In this document: positions 58,959-64,000 of the stretch, piece by piece
Numbering within the stretch: the stretch's first letter is position 1
Layout of the letters: each line of letters starts with the position of its first letter
Source of the DNA: Anaeromyxobacteraceae bacterium
GTDB taxonomy: Bacteria; Myxococcota; Myxococcia; Myxococcales; Anaeromyxobacteraceae
Length of the DNA: 64,000 nucleotides
Direction of reading: 5' to 3'
Assembly: GCA_047602405.1 (NCBI GenBank)
Contig: JASGHJ010000002.1
Coordinates: 1,728,001 to 1,792,000 of the forward strand
Position numbers and translations under genes: made by a program
The notes under the pieces: model-generated
The model's input: only the letters and a program-made list of their open reading frames with translations
Databases searched by the model: none
What the model was told of the DNA's origin: nothing

Positions 58959-60888
58959 TGGTCGATCCTGGCGCAGTACCGGCCGTTAGGCCAGCCTGGT
59001 TCCAGGGCCTCCTTTCAAACCGTGCGTGCGGGTTTCCCGCACACGGCTTAACGATGGTCTTCGCGCGGCAGCTTGCGCGGGGTAGCGGACGCGGCCCATG
59101 CAGCGGTGCAGGCCAAGCTCGAAGAGACGTTCGAAGGGCCAAGCCTCGTACTGATAGCGAGTCCGCTGACCACCGCGCCGATGGAGCCAGCGCGTGATCC
59201 GTTCGTGCACGTACCAGTCGACGCGGTTGAACTCCCGATCCGCTGTTCCGGTCCGGAAGTAGTTGGCCCAGCCCCGGATGACGGGGTTCACGGACGCGAT
59301 GACCTCCTTCACGTCCTTCGCCCCGCTCCTGCGCACGTCCGTCAGCTCGTGGACGCGCTCGCGGACGCGGGTCATCGCCTTCGGTGAGGGCCAGCGGTGC
59401 ATGTAGTGCCGGTCGGGGCGCCGCTGGATGCTGCGCCGCTTCCGGTTCACGCACCCGAGGAAGGTGAAGCCTTCCTTTCCTCGCCTCAGATCGACGATCC
59501 GCGTCTTCTCCGGGTGCAGCGTCAGGCCGAGGCGCGCCATGATGAGCTCGACGCGCCGCCTCGCCTCGTTCACCTTCGACTCCGTCCCACACATCACGAC
59601 GAAGTCGTCGGCGTACCGCACCAGGACGCCGAGGTGCTTGCACCTCTGCGCCCAGATCCGGTCGAGCTCGTGCAGGTAGACGTTGGCGAGCAGCGGCGAG
59701 ATCACTCCACCCTGTGGCGTTCCCGCCACGGGGTTTCTCACCGTGCCCTCCTCCATCACCCCGGCCTCCAGCCACTTCCGCAGGAGCTTCAGCACCCTGC
59801 GGTCCGAGATCCGCTCCGCCACCATCGCCATCAGCTTCTGCTGGTCGATGCTGTCGAAGTACGCCTTGATGTCGGCGTCGAGCACGAAGTTGTGACCCTG
59901 GTTGCCAGCCTCGCGGATGGCCTCCAGCGCCTGCGTCGCGCTCCGCTTCGGCCGGAACCCGTAGCTCGACGACAGGAAGTCGGCCTCGAAGATCGGCTCG
60001 AGCACCAACTTCGCAGCCATCTGCGCCACGCGATCCCGCACCGTCGGGATCCCGAGCGGCCGCTGCTTTCCGTCTGCCTTCGGGATGTACCGCCGCCTCA
60101 CCGGGAGGGGGCGGTATTCGCCTGCCAGGAGATCGGCCTGGATCCCTTCGAGGAACGCCTCGACTCCGCTCTCCTCGATGGCCCGGATGGACTCGCCGTC
60201 CACCCCTGCCGCGCCTCCGTTGCTGCGCACCCGCTTCCACGCTTCCCGCAGGACGTCACCCCTGCAGATCCGGTCGTACAATGCGTGAAAGCGCCGCGTG
60301 CTGCTCCGCTTGGCGGCCACGTAAAGCCGGCGCTGGAGTTCTCGCACTTTGTCGATGGGGGTGTTGGGCCTCACGGCCATGCCCTCGCGCTTACCCCCAG
60401 TGCCGACGCGACCAAAGCAGGGCCCCTTCCCTCCGCGCGGTTATCCCGCGCCTCACCGGTACTACGGGCCCCTCGGACTCCCTTCCGGCTCCTCGCGCTT
60501 TCGACTCCCGTCTTATGCGCTCGGTCTCTGCCCGACGCGGGCTGCCGGCGAGGGTCTCTCGTGTTCCACACCGATCCTTCGCGACGTGCCGCCGCCCCTA
60601 CCCCGGGGAGCCCCAGCGTCCGTTCCGGACCAAGGACGCTGTGCATCGCCTTCGCCGTGGCATGACCGGCTCGGCGCTCCCGAACACCTTTCGGCTGAGG
60701 ATTTGTCGAGGCTGAAGCGTTCACCTTGTTGCGGCCCGCCGCTTCGCTTCCTCCGTACGTGAGGCTTTCGACGCACCGCTCGGCATGCCCGGTCTCCCGG
60801 ACAAGCTGGTGCCTGCTTCCGGGCTCTCCGGCGATTACCCGGACCGGACTCTCACCGGCTGGATTCGGTGCAGCTTCCACGACGCACC
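58957..60888 (-). mobile_element. Group II intron, about 1.93 kb (boundaries ambiguous by 1 nt)
   Basis: 5' (G)GTGCG, domain V AAGCCGTGTGCGGGAAACCCGCACGCACGGTTT (59017-59049), domain VI ending CCAAT, internal RT ORF. Confidence 0.93.
58986..60380 (-). CDS. ltrA: Group II intron reverse transcriptase/maturase without endonuclease domain
   Basis: [43 protein letters not shown] domain RGWANYF. Confidence 0.95.
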   Translation of the reverse strand: MAVRPNTPIDKVRELQRRLYVAAKRSSTRRFHALYDRICRGDVLREAWKRVRSNGGAAGVDGESIRAIEESGVEAFLEGIQADLLAGEYRPLPVRRRYIPKADGKQRPLGIPTVRDRVAQMAAKLVLEPIFEADFLSSSYGFRPKRSATQALEAIREAGNQGHNFVLDADIKAYFDSIDQQKLMAMVAERISDRRVLKLLRKWLEAGVMEEGTVRNPVAGTPQGGVISPLLANVYLHELDRIWAQRCKHLGVLVRYADDFVVMCGTESKVNEARRRVELIMARLGLTLHPEKTRIVDLRRGKEGFTFLGCVNRKRRSIQRRPDRHYMHRWPSPKAMTRVRERVHELTDVRRSGAKDVKEVIASVNPVIRGWANYFRTGTADREFNRVDWYVHERITRWLHRRGGQRTRYQYEAWPFERLFELGLHRCMGRVRYPAQAAARRPSLSRVRETRTHGLKGGPGTRLA

Positions 60889-60907
60889 ACGCCGGGATCC
60901 TACCGGC

Positions 60908-61410
60908 TCACTCCGACTCTGCGACCTCGTCCTCGACGAACGCGATGGACTTGATCGCGTACTCCCGCTGCCCGCCGGGGGTGCGCACGGTCACCGCGTC
61001 GCCCTCCTCGCGGCCGATGAGCGCCCGTGCGATCGGGCTCGTGACCGAGATGCGGCCGAGCTTCAGGTCGGCCTCGATCTCCCCCACGATGCGGTAGGTG
61101 ACCTCGTCGCCCGAGTCGGTGTCCTCGAGCTCGACCGTGGCGCCGAACACGACGCGGTCGCCGGCGACCTTCGTCACGTCGATGACCTCGGCCGAGGCGA
61201 TCGAGTGCTCGACCTGGAGGATGCGGCCCTCGACGTGGGACTGCTTCTCCTTCGCCGCGTGGTACTCGGCGTTCTCGGAGAGGTCCCCGTGGGAGCGCGC
61301 CTCGGCGATCTCCTTCACGATTCTTGGGGCGCTCCACGGCCTTGAGCCGCTTGAGCTCTTCCTTCAGGCGGGAGAGCCCGCTTCTTCGTCATCGGGACGC
61401 GATCGGACAT
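60908..61410 (-). CDS. greA: Transcription elongation factor GreA (insertions near 61321 and 61383)
   Basis: MSDRVPMT..., [31 protein letters not shown]. Confidence 0.93.
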
Positions 61411-61448
61411 CGGTTACCGGCCTTGTGATTGGTGAGGCGCTGAAAGTG

Positions 61449-61481
61449 AGCGGCCGGTCCGGGGAACCCGGAACGGCCGCT
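61449..61481 (-). terminator. Probable terminator hairpin after carB
   Basis: AGCGGCCG...CCGG-loop-CCGG...CGGCCGCT, followed by CACTTT on the minus strand. Confidence 0.5.
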
Positions 61482-61516
61482 GCTGTCGCCTTCAGTAAAG
61501 CGTACGGGACGCCCTG

Positions 61517-64000
<2,484 letters not shown>

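Noticed and set aside
58986..60380. RT as a retron, DGR or defence-associated RT
   Set aside because: It has the maturase X domain, intron domains V and VI, and a GTGCG 5' end; no TR/VR pair or msr-msd was seen
60891..60907. Class IIC intron targeting a terminator hairpin (GCCGG-N7-CCGGC)
   Set aside because: There is no U tract, and domain V is full length with an AGC triad, unlike IIC

Overview
A very GC-rich chromosomal segment, probably from an Anaeromyxobacter-like myxobacterium (inferred from gene content: triheme c7 cytochrome, FHA-sigma54 activator, Ser/Thr kinase, giant TPR protein, myxobacterial-type LexA box). Most of it is housekeeping: rluB-scpB-scpA-trpS-xerD, glnD, amiC, mutS, lexA, lon, mutL, pgi, tmk, thrC, pcm, recG, greA and carB. 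Three things stand out. (1) A group II intron (RT/maturase, no endonuclease domain) sits exactly in the recG start codon, and its 3' end rebuilds the same AGGA-N7-start translation signal. (2) At least 11 frameshifts, plus several substitutions, fall on GATC read as GATTC, GAATC or GATT, which points to base-calling errors at a modified GATC motif rather than to pseudogenes. (3) A dispersed palindromic repeat family (CCTTCGAC...hairpin...CTACGCTCAGG) occurs at five loci, one of them in-frame inside recG. A coiled-coil/RelE-like protein operon and a kinase-TPR-FHA/sigma54 module are also worth a look. All calls come from motif recognition by eye; no database searches were run.
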